A stretch of 24,664 nt of DNA from Oligoflexales bacterium (GTDB lineage Bacteria > Bdellovibrionota_B > Oligoflexia > Oligoflexales > CAIYRB01), in the NCBI GenBank assembly GCA_041736175.1, contig JBGSUI010000022.1, positions 1 to 24,664 on the forward strand, given 5' to 3'. The position numbers and the translations under genes are program-made. Shown piece after piece: positions 24,630-24,664 of the stretch. The notes beneath the pieces are model-generated. The model searched no databases. It saw only the letters and a list, made by a program, of their open reading frames with translations, and was not told the origin of the DNA. Within the stretch, counting starts at the first letter, position 1; every line of letters begins with the position of its first letter.

Positions 24630-24664
24630 CAATGAACTAAGCGCGCGAGCACAAAGCTATGGGG

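Noticed and set aside
24630..24641. CAATGAACTAAG as a partner end of the IS4 terminus at 432
   Set aside because: It needs a gap to align, and there is too little sequence before the window ends to test it.
24531..24652. N-terminal part of ORF 24248-24652 as real protein
   Set aside because: It is read through the inverted-repeat segment and lacks ATPase motifs.

Overview
The window is almost entirely a mobilisable plasmid or plasmid-derived element with IS debris at both edges. From left to right it holds: an IS21-type end inserted in an IS4-family transposase start, itself inserted in an Ig-like repeat surface-protein gene; a solitary PilB/GspE-family ATPase; parA-parB; four 23-bp palindromes (likely parS); a replication protein fusing a DnaC/IstB-like AAA+ domain to a TrfA-like initiator; an iteron oriV (9+1 iterons, DnaA box, 12-mer repeats); cargo (IS66 TnpB-like ORF, sterol-desaturase-family gene, chrA, PAP2 remnant, a hypothetical); a MOBF oriT; an RHH protein, a TrwB/TraD-like coupling protein and a MobF relaxase-helicase with no mating-pair genes; a hydrolase / periplasmic binding protein / histidine kinase / RHH / sigma54 activator / lipoprotein cluster; and a truncated ExeA-like transposon ATPase. 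Two signals stand out. (1) The PilB-like gene and the mob operon are each preceded by a near-identical sigma54 (-24/-12) promoter and each has a nearby pair of the same 19-bp dyad, which suggests a sigma54 regulon linking a pilus-type motor to DNA mobilisation, possibly driven by the element's own activator. (2) The loader-initiator fusion replicon has a repABC-like layout. All family calls come from reading motifs by eye; no searches were run.
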